Source: Callorhinchus milii
Lineage: Eukaryota
Direction: 5' to 3'
Assembly: GCF_018977255.1 (NCBI RefSeq)
Contig: NW_024704742.1
Location: 89,158,001 to 89,222,000 of the forward strand
Length of the DNA stretch: 64,000 nucleotides
Of this stretch, positions 38,081 to 50,685 are shown in pieces. Below the pieces are notes generated by a model. That model was not told the DNA's origin. It did no database searches and was given only the letters and a program-made list of their open reading frames with translations. Made by a program: the position numbers and the translations under genes. Each line of letters starts with the position of its first letter. The first letter of the stretch is position 1.

Positions 38081-39934
38081 TGTCTTCCCTGGAGTGTCGG
38101 TGTGCAGCTGACAGCAATGCAAAAAAAATCAACTGTTAATGTTTGTCTGCCAGAATTTGACCCAATCCAATCTGTCACAATCCAATGACAACAACAATAA
38201 ATTGCATTTATTATCATGCCTTTCACGTTGGAAAGATGTCCCTGCATGCTGAGGTTTTTGCACTTCTCAATCTCTCTGGTTTTCTACTCTTTCTAAGATT
38301 TAATAAATGAGGAACCAAACCGTAACAGGACACACATCTGAAAATTTTAAATCAAGAAAGGAATAATAATTTTACAACTTATTAGCTCCAACAAACTTAT
38401 TATTCCAGTATTCCTTTGGACGTTCTTTAATGGCCTAGAAAAAAAGTCGTAAAATGTATTATTTTACTTCTTTATGCGGACATATAACATAAAAAGCGAG
38501 GGAAGCAAAATGGACTGAGTACAATCTGCATTATCATAGAATCCCCTAAATTTATATAATTTTCTGAGAGAATTGAATAATCCAGGTATTCCCTCTAAAA
38601 AAAGATAACTGTGTCATTTATAACTTCTTAGGGCAAGGAAGCAAAACTGCTGATGTAACAATTTAATATCAGTATCTGTTTTATTCAGCATCACAACTTG
38701 AATTCCTTGCATGATGCTCCCCTGGTTCCATAAGGATTAGAGCCATAATGCTTCATAGATTCTCTGTCAATATCTATCTTTATATTCATCTGTTGTTTTC
38801 CTGACCAGATGTTTTTCAAATGTTTTAGTTAACCAATACAGTGCCGCACATATACCCAAGATTTTTTTGGTGTCTTTGGGAATGATAACATTAGACTGAC
38901 TTTGTACTATAGCCTAAGGTTAGTGTTGCATGTCAAACAGTGTTAGAAGTAAAGAAGTGACAAAGATTGTTCAAGTGAGAAACATCTCTGGAGTGAAATG
39001 TAGTTCATTAACTCTGTCAATAAAAACAACATAAAAAGTGAGGAATGAGAAATGGACTAAGTATCACTTTCATTGTCATAGAACTTCCTTAATTTATATA
39101 TGCGTTAAGAATAACAACTATGCTGCACCATCAACTTAAAAAGAAGCAGAAGTTTTTAGTAGATGGGGGAAGGCCAGATAAGCAGAAGACCAGAGAAGTC
39201 TCTTTCAAACATAAACAATCTACTCGATTCAAAAGTGAATTGCAAAATGTATGATTCTCAGATAGGTTCCAAGGATTGTCAATGAAATCAAATCTGTTTT
39301 CAAGATCAAGTCCAAACCAATACTGTGTCTATTCTCAAGTAATTTGGAGTTATGCACCACAACTCCTTTAATAAGGCAGGGTTGTTGAACTGCATTGGCA
39401 AGATAATTCCAATGGGCCTACATTTACTCATTCATGTAGCATTGTAGAGCATTGCTTTAGAACTTAAAGAAAGAATGGCACTACTCACAAGAGCTGTAGA
39501 TCGCAGACAATCTATAGGAATTTCTTCAGGCAGGTTTCCAATCTCCAACTTCTTTCACAGTCTTGCTTGCTTCAGGAAATATGAATCATGACTTGACTTG
39601 GGAAGATTCCCGAGGACATCCACAATAATATTTCTCTCATCGTATAACATTATAATTTTTACTGACTGGAAACATTTCTCATTTCAGGAGCTTCTCCCTG
39701 TGTTCCTGGCCAACAGACTTCCAGCTGAATTGATCATTCATCTCCTGGTTGTTGGTGGGACTTAGCTAGATGCAAATTGGCTGCTGTGTTTGGTTACCAA
39801 AGCACATTAATTTCACTTGACAGGAATGAATTGTGAAAGTGTTTTTGAGAGTTTCAATTGTAGGCACTGTAGCAGATGCAAGGATTATTATTACCATTGT
39901 AAACACACTCACTAAGAGTAGCATTGACCTGCTT

Positions 39935-40640
39935 TATTTCCTTATCTGTGCATCGGGGTAAATAGCGTGCAGCTCCCTCGGAAGCAAAAGAAGCTCAATC
40001 TGGATAATATAAACCTGATGGAAGGTAGAGCAGGAGAAGCTGGTGAACAAGGCATTGGAGAAGTCAACTTTGTAAATGACAAATACATGGATGAGTGGCT
40101 CAGCTACACCAAAAGCAAGGTAATGATGGAGGCAGGTGACATTGGGAAGATGAAGGAAAGTAGACAGTGAAGGTAAAGGTTTCAAGAAGGTTGAACAAAA
40201 TGCCAAGGTTCCATAATGGAGTGGGTTGAGGTTTTGTGAACATTGAGTTGGGGAAAGGTAAGCCTCTTCGATGACTTGATGACTGTCAGACAGTCTGTCA
40301 GAGCAGCAATAGTCATGATGTCAAGAGTGGGGACAGAAAGGTAGATATATATGGACCTGGATTTTAAGACATCACCATGAGCATGTAGATGGTGAAAAGA
40401 AGAGGATCGAGGATGTTGCCCTGAGAAACACCACACATGAGCTTGTGGGGGCAGCAGCAGCTAACAGAGGACACATAATGGACATTGAGCCAGGTTGGAA
40501 TAAAACCAGGAAATCTCAAAGTCATGGAGATGTACTAGGGAGGAGAGATGATGGAGAAAGTTGGAGTGGTCAAAGAGACTAAGTTGGTCCGGGGTGGCAT
40601 AGGGTGTCCTGGTCACAGACAGAGGAGGATGTTGTGTGTG
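39935..40640 (-). mobile_element. Old, diverged L2 RT fragment
   Basis: Minus-strand remnants AEPLIHVFVIYKVDFSNAL and FPQLNVHKT parallel the L2 ORF2 motifs in 33395-35194. Confidence 0.7.
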
Positions 40641-42832
40641 CATTTCAGCACCTTGGAGAAGAAGAACAAGTTGATAATGGGTTAATTACAGGAAAGTCTG
40701 GAGGCATCAAGTGTATCTTTTCATTTTAAAATCCTGTGCTGTGCTTAATATCACTGAAAACTGGCACAATGCAAAATTGCCCTGTTAGCATCTCAAAATT
40801 GAATAACAAAATAATAATTGTGGTGCAAAAACCATGGAACCAGCCTCTCTTGCATGGACCATAACAATAGCGAAGCACTATAATACATGCTAATAGCGCT
40901 ATTCAATGGGTACAATGACTCGCAATATAAACCATCTATTATGTTGAACAATGATATAAAACGCTAAGGAGAGTTGACTCCAACACTAAAACAAATGCAC
41001 AATTGAAAGGATGGCTGGCATGACATTGGATGTGTTATATTGGTACAGTTGACATGCTTTCTGAGACAGGTTATAATGCAGGAGCAATGCACAGTGAGCT
41101 CCAGATTGAATGTAACCCACGTGTAACCTGAGGAAAACATTTGTGCAGAAAGTGGTAAATGTTCAGTCTCTCAGCACTCTCCTTGACGAGAGAGAGAAAA
41201 AAATATTTTACAGCTAAATTCTCAGGATGTTTATAGTGTCAAAGTCAAGTTGTTTAATATATGCAGTACCTAGCTACTCTGGTGTGTGGAATTAAACATT
41301 TATCGAACATGCCACTCTCTGACATGTTGCTGAGTGAGATGGCAATAAAGTAACCAAACGGACCACAATGGACGGACTAATACACTGAAATCTTTCCAAT
41401 ACTCCCTCTAACTATAGACACAGAGAGAAGCAATTAAGCTAATGCAAGTTGGGTGTCATAAGGTTGTAGATATTTCAACAGCAGAGCAATTTACCATCTA
41501 AAAAGAGGAGAGCTCTTGCATAAAATGTCCCCAGTTCAGATTTATTATGCTTTTAGTTGTGTTATATGTGATGCAATTAGCAGAAGGTGCCAATAAGGCT
41601 TTCACAAGGACGTGGTCATCTGTGCCATCTGTTATTAATTGCATTGTCCTTTACATGCTGAGCTAGAGGGTAAAAAGTTCTGCTTGTACGGCAGGAGATG
41701 CGTACACATCCCCCACCCTCTCCACACACACAGCGTGCGCAAGCTAAGGATATTAGAGTGGGCAAGCTGTTTAAATAGCGGTTCAAGACGAAGCAATTTG
41801 ATAAAGTGCACTTGGAGGTGGGATCATCACTATTCCTGAGCTCACATTTTGATGCTTTGATATATTGAAACTGAAAGGCAAACATTCAGGAAATTCCCAG
41901 GTCCTCCCCTCCCACCACCACCGACCATCCCCTTACTGAGTCTCGGAGCTAGTCAAAGGCTGAGCTCTATGCACAGATTCGGCACATGATTAGAATGACC
42001 CATTCTTACACAGCGATATAAAAGATTTGTCCCATGAGGAGGAAAGGGGGTTGAGTTGGGAGATTGCAGTTGCTACTTTCTCTTCTACCTGCTTGTGCAG
42101 GTGTGGATTTAATTTGGGCACAAGGGACACTACCAGAATCATAGCCGGGGGTATAGAGTACAAACTGCTCCATTTGGAAGGGATTGCATGATTGATAAAA
42201 TATGTATGGCTTGCTTGCTGAATTTGTGGAGTTAACACGGAGCATGAGCTCCTTATCACAGTGCCAGCGTAGTGTGTTATCTCTTTCACTGGGTGTTATT
42301 GGCTGACTGCTGCCATTGTGGATGTCTCTGGCCCATTGTTGGTACCCGGGAAGAGTCGCATAGCAACAGAAATACGCATCAGTGGTAACTGAGCAGCTCC
42401 TGCCAGCTGCACATCCCAGGCTCCCAGTTCGCACTGACTTAACCAAGGTGAAAGAGATAACATTGTTTGTGAAAGTAATTACTGCCATTGCTCACTGCTA
42501 TATCCCTTTCTTTCTGTATGTTTATGGAGATGGGTGGGTGTTGGAGGAAAGAGAGGGGTTACATGACATTTATTATTTGAAGCCTGAAATCCCACCTAGT
42601 TTTAGCATGTAAGACTAGTTTTGTCTTCACAGCTTTAAAGGACATGCAGATTTTTTTAAAAAATGTTAAATTCAACTGTAATCCGGAAACTAATTTTATC
42701 CTACAATTTTCAGTTTGACTTCTACATGAAGACTGAATCGATTTTACACATTTTTGCAGGATTTCAAATACTGAGACAAAATCATTTTGCAGGCTAAGAC
42801 TAGAGCCGTATTTTAAGCCATGGCACAAATAG

Positions 42833-43367
42833 GTGACAGTCTGGCTCAGTTGTTACATCTTAGCCTATNAAAAAAACATGGGTGAAACCACATTACAATA
42901 TATCGTGTAAAATGATTTGAGACGTCTCAATAATGTGATAAGGCGCTATATCAAATGCAAGCATTATTATTATCTTATTTCTGAGTCAGAAGGTCGTGGA
43001 TTCAAGCCCCACTTCAGGACTTTGAACTCAAAATCTAGGCTGACATTCCAGTGCAGTGCTAGGGGAGAGCTGCATTGTCAGCAATGCATGTCTTTCAAAT
43101 AAGATGGTAAAATATGTTCCTATCCGCCTGTTTGGGTAGACATTAAAAATCCTGTAATGCTATTTGAAAGAGAAGAGAGTTTCTCTCGGTGTCCTGACCA
43201 ACAATTCCCCAGGTAAAATTGATCATTCACTTCACAACTATAAATGGGATGTTGCTGTGCACAAATTAGCAGCTGCATTCCCATACACTTTACAGAAAAT
43301 TCTTTTAAGTCTCTTGAGACATTTCAACGATGTGACAAGGTGCTGCACCAAATGCAAGAATTATTAT
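42833..43367 (+). mobile_element. Deu-domain SINE with a SINE tail fragment inserted in its head (one N at 42869)
   Basis: Head begins gtctggctcagttg, is interrupted at about 42868-42975, and resumes ttctgagtcagaagg. Confidence 0.75.
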
Positions 43368-43559
43368 GAAACGATTTTGGAAGTTCAAAAAAAGTCAAAA
43401 AATAATTAGCATTTTTACAGTGTCTTGCTAGCACTACATTCAATGGCAAGCTACATGGTTTTAGTTGATTAAGCTCCAGCAATACCTCCAAGTCTTGCCT
43501 CTTGCCAACCTGCACCTAAAACTCTCCTATTTGCCTAATAATTAGTTAAGTAGTTAAGT

Positions 43560-44070
43560 GGAGTCTGTAGCTTAATGGTTAGAACTGTCTGTAGGACACT
43601 GCACAATTGGCTGCCGCATTTCACCCACAAATATACGGTCAATTCACTTTACAGCATATTCTGTGAAGTGCTTTGAGACATCTAGAAGACGTGAAGAGTG
43701 CTATATCAAATACAAGGATTATTACTATTATAGAGCACTCATCTTGCAAGCAAGAGGACCTGGGTTTGATTCCCGGCAGGGGGAAGCGTTGGGCAAGTTT
43801 TCTTATTCCACGTGCCTCTGTTTACCTAGCAGTAAGTAGGAATCCGGTTGTTAGTCAATTGGCAGATCATTTTTCTGGGGTAATAATTCCTTAAAAATAA
43901 ATTTAAAAAATAATTTGGTCACTCAGTCCACGACTGTTTGTGGGACACTGCTGCGTTTCGCCCACAAAATATACAGTCAATTCACTTTACCATATATTCT
44001 GTGAAGCGCTTTGAGATGTCTCAAAGATATGATAAGGTGCTATACCAAATGCAAAGATTATTATTATTGT
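43560..44070 (+). mobile_element. tRNA-Ala SINE, long variant, with a 5'-truncated sibling nested in the head (about 43584-43730)
   Basis: Head ...aatggttaga, then body and tail, then tagagcactc... resumes the head; taga is duplicated. Confidence 0.85.
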
Positions 44071-44802
44071 TATCAAGTAGCGTGGTTCCTCCAGGAAGCG
44101 AATGTGCATTCCATTCCATACACAGAAATGTTCATATAAGTACGGAAAGTCTGGTTCAGACACTCTTAATAATCATAATCCTTGCATTTGATATTGCACC
44201 TTATCGCATTGTTGGGACATCTCAAAGCGCTTCACAGGATATACTATAAAGTGGATTGACTATATAAAATTTAGTGGGTGAAACACCTTAAGCAAGATGA
44301 CGGGTTTTCACATGGCTCAGATATTCAGCCAAACAAAGAAAAATATATTTTTATAGTAACTTATCACAACCCAAATCAATAGCACTTATATTGGATAAAT
44401 ATTGTTCCTTTTTCACAGGAAGAACGTTTTATACCATTTATGGAATGGAACCTCAAGCTGGGTTGGAGATGGAAAAGTAGGGGGAAGGTGGCTAAAGGTG
44501 TAGGCAAAAAGCAAAGAAGGGGGTGAAGCAGAGGGATTTCGGGAGAGTTCCAGAGAGCAGAGGCAAAGTGGCTGAACATATTACTTCAAATATCTTAATG
44601 TGCTTCACAGATAACCTCCGTGAAGTGTAGTGACTTTTTTGTATGCAAATATGACAGCCGCTTGGGCCAGGCAGGTTGCATAATAGTTGAAGAAGTGAAT
44701 AACTATTTATCTGAAGGATTGTTGGCCAGGACACTGGGAGAAAGTTACTTTGCTTTTCAAATAGTGTCCTGGGCTCTTTAACATCCACCATTTCCTCAGC
44801 CA

Positions 44803-44890
44803 ACAAAAACAGAACACTCAGCAGGTCAGGCAGAATCTATGGAGAAAGGAAAGTGAGTCAACGTTTCAGGTCCATGATCCTTCGTCAGAA
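44803..44890 (-). mobile_element. Short Penelope-type terminal-repeat insertion with a minimal hammerhead ribozyme motif
   Basis: 14-bp direct repeat catttcctcagcca at 44789-44802 and 44891-44904. Minus strand reads GTT-CTGACGA-AGGATCATGGACCT-GAAA-C-GTT-GAC. Confidence 0.75.
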
Positions 44891-46179
44891 CATTTCCTCA
44901 GCCATGTTACTTAATAATAATAGAAAAGAAATCAGGTTTACTTACTCCAAATCCACTCTCATAATAAAGACATCTTTATTAGGGCCAGAATACTGTCACT
45001 CAAGCCACGTAAACCAGTGGCAACAATGAAGTGTAAAAACAGGTTGAATGGTGCAAATGTTTGCTGGTTGTTAAGACAACAGAGAGAGTTGGGATCATTA
45101 TTACCAATGTAAGTCTTTTGTAAATTTGCCTCTTCATCAATCCATTTGACCAACAGAAGTTGTACACTAAATTACCAGCCAAGGGACTATCCCCAAACAC
45201 TTTCACAAATTGATGAAAATGAAGCACTCTTATTTTTACATAACCTTCAGGTAGTGATTTTTATACAACTCTGAATTGTATTTCTATTGTTCACTGCATG
45301 GTTTAAATATATTATTGGTTACAGTCAAATCACCGTGTGTTTGTACTGACATGCTGATTGCTGTATCATTTGGTGGCCTGAATAAATTACTTACTTGCCA
45401 TGCAGACTCATTTCCCCCTTCTGACACAATATGCGGTTAAATAACACTCCCTGAGTAAAGTATGTCAGTTCAAAGTGTATGCAAATTATTACCTTACCAC
45501 CTTGTTAAGTTGTGATCTATGATATTCAGAGAGATGACATTGATTGGCATCTTCGTTTGTGTGAAGCAACTGACATTCACGGATGAATAGCTGATATGCG
45601 TAACAAAATCAGGTATAGAGATTAATAAAACTGAGAAGTTTAAATGTGTAATAAGCTAGACATAACTACCTAATGTACACCATTCACTTGGGTCAAATTA
45701 GGAGCAAGCTCTTACTAAGGGCAGCAATGAAAATAAAATTGAGGAGCAGAGTTTAAAAGGGAAATTATCCTGGTTATTGGAATTCTGAGTGTTTCAAACA
45801 TTCAAATATCTGGTATGAAGTATATGTAGCTTCCAACGAATTGTGAAGCTCATCAGTTCAATACCTGCTTTCCATTTTGTAAAATCAACCATTCATTCTG
45901 CACATTACAATCAATGCAAAAATGAAACTGATTGTGAAAAAAATTCCTTTTTTACACTATGATTTTGACCGCATCGCTATCTGTTGTCCCACCTGCTACA
46001 GTTGTAGCACATGATCTCTGTTCTTTCAGAGATTTGTGAATTATTCCATTGCCAACTTCATATAGTAAACAGTTCCTTTCATAATAACTCTTGGCCAAGG
46101 TTTTGTACTTATCAATGACTACACATGCCACAAATAGAACTTTTCAATTGATCAACAACTTCTGCTTCCTCCTTGCTGA

Positions 46180-46675
46180 GGAGGTGTCTCCTTGGGGATG
46201 AAGACTCCCTCTGTGGTGGTCTCAGTAATCCAGTTCCTGATCCAGGCAGAACAGCAGTACTCCAGCGCACCGCTGATGACAGACCAGCCAACCTAGCTCA
46301 TTGGCAGGACTTGGTAGGGCAGAGCAGTCACTGGGGGCATGAATTTTTCCCACTCAACTCTTGTGAGTCCTGCAAGCCAAAGCGCTAATGGGTACAGTGG
46401 TCATTGCTGGACAAGCATTGGAAAGCTTCCTCTTAATGGAATGCTAAGCATTTCTAGGTGGTTAGACTCCAGCAGTACCCCACACACTGAGGTTTCAAGC
46501 TTTGGTTCTTGCTAACCTGTACCTAGTACTTTCCAGAATTAAAGAAGGAATGTGCCCCTACAGGGGGAGAGTGTATATTTCCACGTGTGGATGGCATACA
46601 TAGAACTCTCAATCTGGTTTGGATACTTTTATTCATGGTGATAGTCCTCCACATGTATCAAACACCCAGCTGATT
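46180..46675 (+). repeat. Unclassified dispersed repeat
   Basis: Collinear with 60080-60670 (ggcaggacttgg, caagccaaagc.ctaatgggta, gctggacaag, tttggatact). Confidence 0.75.
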
Positions 46676-47918
46676 GATTAAATTCCTTGAACTATACTAC
46701 TTTGAAAATCTCACCTGTGGAACTTGATCAAATACCTTCTGACATTTTAAATAAAGTATATCTTTAGATAGACCTGAACTATCAAATTAGTTACCTCCAT
46801 AAAGAATTCCAGTACACCCATTTGGCATGACCTTCCCTGTCTGCTAAATAGAAGGAACTCCATGTAGCTTTGTAATAAATCCTGTGAATGGTTTTATAAG
46901 GGTTAAACCCCCAAAATATCTGTCTTTACATGACTTCAGTTCTGTGCAGCATGTCAAGAACAAATGCACAATGTGCTGAATTCCACAGATGTGAGTATGT
47001 TCCCCAGCATGTTATTCATATTTCAAACAGACAAACCAAAGTCAATCAGTGAAGCATTCATTCAGTTTTGACTTAGCCTATGGGAAGAGTAGCCATAGAA
47101 AGATTGCATGAGGATAAATTCTTCCATTTTATGAAATGGCAGAAGGAAAACTTGCAACATGTGATATATCATTCTCTGCGATATTTTCCTACCCCAATTT
47201 TCCGTCTGTCTCCTTCTGCTTGGCAATTCATCCCTGCTACATGTCTCCTGCTATGTGTCCCCTGCTATGTGCCCCCTGCTACGTGTCACCTGCCCCCACC
47301 CACCCATCATTGGTGGCTGAGCCTTCAACATCTATGTCTCCACTCTTTGAAACCCTGCACCTCGCCCTCTCTTTGACCGCACCTACCTCCTCCCTTGCTT
47401 TGTGTCCAACCACATCTCTGTGAAGCACTTCAACACATTATCCTATGTGAAAGCTATTATATAAATACAAGTTATCACTGGTGATAATTACTGCAGCAAC
47501 TCATAGAAAATATCCTCCAGTTTAATATCTGGTTATCCCTTTGTCACCTCCCCCCTTCCGTATTGGCCCCTGACTCATCAGCCCACAGATCACAGCACTG
47601 GAGTGTTAGATTGGAAAATATTAGTTCGACTCTTTTTTTTATTCAGCAAGTAAAAAGGAACAGCTGTTTCAGATACTCTTTATTGACATTGCTCCCAAAC
47701 ATGTCATTTCAATTAGTACAGCTGCACCACAATGTTGTTTCTATTAAATCATCAGATATTCCAACTATGATATCTGTCGTCAACAACCACAGCCGATTCT
47801 GAACTGACTGGAATAATTCCTCTTAAGAGTACTAGGAAATCCTGAAAGCACTAATATTGCCCACAACAGGTATCCAATAACGGAAGTGTTGCTGGTGAAA
47901 CTAGTTCATGGGATAATG

Positions 47919-48250
47919 TGGACTCCTATAGCATAGTGGCAAGAGAGAGGGCCCAGGTTCAATTCCCGGACGGGGCGAAATCTTAGGCACACACCTGTTT
48001 TCTTAGCAGTAAGTAAGAATCCGGTTGATAGTCGATTGCAGATTGCTTTTCAGGGGTAATAATTCCTCCCCTAAAAAATGTGTCAATCAATCCACAACTG
48101 TTTGTGGGACTCTGCTGTGTGCAATTGGCTGCCACGTTTTGCCCACAAAATACACAGTCAATTCATTTTACAGTATATTCTGTGAAGTGCTTTGAGACGT
48201 CTCAATGACATGATAAGGCGCTATATCAAATGCAAGTATTTTATTATTAT
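47919..48250 (+). mobile_element. tRNA-Ala SINE, long variant
   Basis: B box ggttcaattccc, long central segment tagcagtaagtaagaatccggttg, body and tail. Confidence 0.82.
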
Positions 48251-49351
48251 TGTTGAAGACTGAGTTTGTGACACATGGTTTGTATTACACAGCATTTGAA
48301 TGGATCCCAATTGAAGCTCTAATACACAATGGCAAAATTGGGGCACCAATTTTACGTGCTCTATTTGGAGAAACATTCAATGGGACAGTGCCTTACAAGA
48401 GAGAAAAAAACAGGAACACTTTGGATAAACAAATGAGTCATAGTTTGCGACTTCCTCATAATAGGTCTTAATAAGTGTTCTATTAGCTACTATAATTTCA
48501 CCTGTGAGACTAACTGAAGGATTTACAAAACACACAAGATAAGAAAATGTAAAGATTAACTAATGAAAATATGAATTCATATCCCAGAGCCATCAAAATG
48601 TCTGAATGTGGTTTGAAGCCTGCCCCAATTTTAGATGTGCAATATTGACTGCAAGTGGAGCCATTGGTTTCCTGTTATTCTGGATCAGGGTAGATGATTG
48701 ATGAGTTATGCTGTCCCTGGTTGAGACTAAATTGGTCATAAAAGGTTTAATTAGTTCGACCCATCCATGCCAATTACAGTAAATTCATTCTGTTTTATTC
48801 CATGGTATGCTTGTTCTTGTGCTTTTCTGCAGGAGAGTGGGAGTAAGGCATAAAAGATGCACAAAACAATGTAAAATTATACTTCGACCTCTTCTCCCCC
48901 ATTCACCTCGGTATCATGAGCCTCACACTTGTCTCAAGAACATCACCTTATCTGTCTAAATATCTGTCTAAATACAAAGGTGATTCCTGCACTCTCCAGT
49001 TCTGGCAAGAACATTTAGCATCCTACAATGGGGAAATCAATACCAATGACTGTATCATTCAGAAAGAAAAGGAACAAAAAAAAGCAGCAATTTAATTTGA
49101 AAAGACCCAGCCAAAGCATTAAAAGAAATGTTGCAAATGGCTGGAATCTGTCTCACTAAGAAAGGATCATGGCAATTTTTGTTTTTTTATAAAAAGGACT
49201 ATATCACTGCTATGATGTTGATTATGCATTGATTCATAATAAGCCAACAGAAGACTACAAAGTGATATTTAAATTTAAGCAGAAAATACGCAGAAGGAAG
49301 AGTTTTGGACCCACAACCAATTTGACATTCTTTTTTCAGAAGTACAGATCA

Positions 49352-49787
49352 GGAATAATAATAATAATCTTGCTTTTCATATAGCACCTTATTACATTGC
49401 CAAGGCATATCAGAGTGCTTCACAGCTGTAAAACACTTTGAGACTGTAAAGTGGATCGACTGAGTATTTTGTGGACAAAAGTTTGGGCACAGCAAACAGC
49501 CATGAAGAAAATGACCAATTTTGTTTGGGAGATTTGTTGGACAGGATACTGTAAGAAATTCCTTTCTCATTTTGAATAGTATCATGGCATCCTTAACATC
49601 CACCTGAACAGGCAGATTGGTCCTTGGTTTAACATTTCATCTGAAGGGCAGCATCTCCGATTATGCAACACACCCCCAGCACTGCATTGGATTTTCAGCT
49701 TAGACTATGTGATTCAAAGTCCCAACGTGGGGCTTGAACCTACAATCTTCTGACCCAAAGCGGAGAGAACTGAGCTAGGCTGACACA
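49352..49787 (-). mobile_element. Deu-domain SINE
   Basis: Reverse-complemented tail, core (taacatccacctgaacaggcaga) and head. Confidence 0.82.
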
Positions 49788-50324
49788 CAATTCTACTTAG
49801 TTTTTATTTAAGGATTATTATTATTACTACAACAATGGAGTAAATCCAGATCTAGCTGAGAATCAAGTTGGAATTTTAGTGTCTACCGATAGATAAGAAA
49901 TAAAATACAGAGTTATTCCATGGTATATTACATTTCTTTAATCTGTCACTGATTACATAACAAGCAACATTTCAATGAGGGTATCACCATTCATTAACTG
50001 AGTATTCTCAGTGTGCCAAATGACACCATTGACTGGAAAAAATAGCTTGCTCAAAGCAGCTCCAACTGACATATGACATGCAGGAATAGAGAAGAAAATT
50101 GATGCACATGCAATTGATCAGAATGAAAAACTTTAAATCGAGAAGATAGGCCACAAGGAAAGTCACCAGGGCTTTTGCAGGAAAAAAAAATTTGGCTTAA
50201 AGTTAAGTCTGATTGACGTAATGGAGCACAAGTCCAGAAATGAAATTGACTGCTAATGAATGCAAATAGTTTAAATAATAAAAAATAACATTCCTTACAT
50301 ATGATATTGAACATTTCAAATAGT

Positions 50325-50685
50325 GACAATGTCTCAAAGTGCTTCTCGGAATTTACTGTAAAATGTAGTGATTGTATTTGTGTGGGTTAAAGACAGCAGC
50401 CAATTTGTGCACAATAATGTTTCACAAATGGCCATGAAATTAATGTCCATTTATTTTTCAGGGGATTGTTGGCCACAACACAGGGAGAAACTACGTTCTC
50501 TTTTGGAACAGGGCAAGGAGATATTTTTTCATTCAAAAGAGGGCATCTCCAACAGTGCAACATTCCCCCCAGCACAGGATTGAAATGTCAGCCGAGACTG
50601 TGAATTCAAAGTCCCAACGTGGGACTTAAACTCACAACATTCTGACTCAAAAGATGACATGCTACCAACTGAGCCACACTGACAT
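50325..50685 (-). mobile_element. Deu-domain SINE, partial
   Basis: Head atgctaccaactgagcc and aaagtcccaacgtgggac. Confidence 0.72.

Noticed and set aside
38844..38863. gcacatatac resembling the U6 snRNA 5' region
   Set aside because: Only about 10 matching bases, compatible with chance.
42869..42869. Single N next to an A run
   Set aside because: Assembly ambiguity rather than biology; the local junction should be treated with caution.
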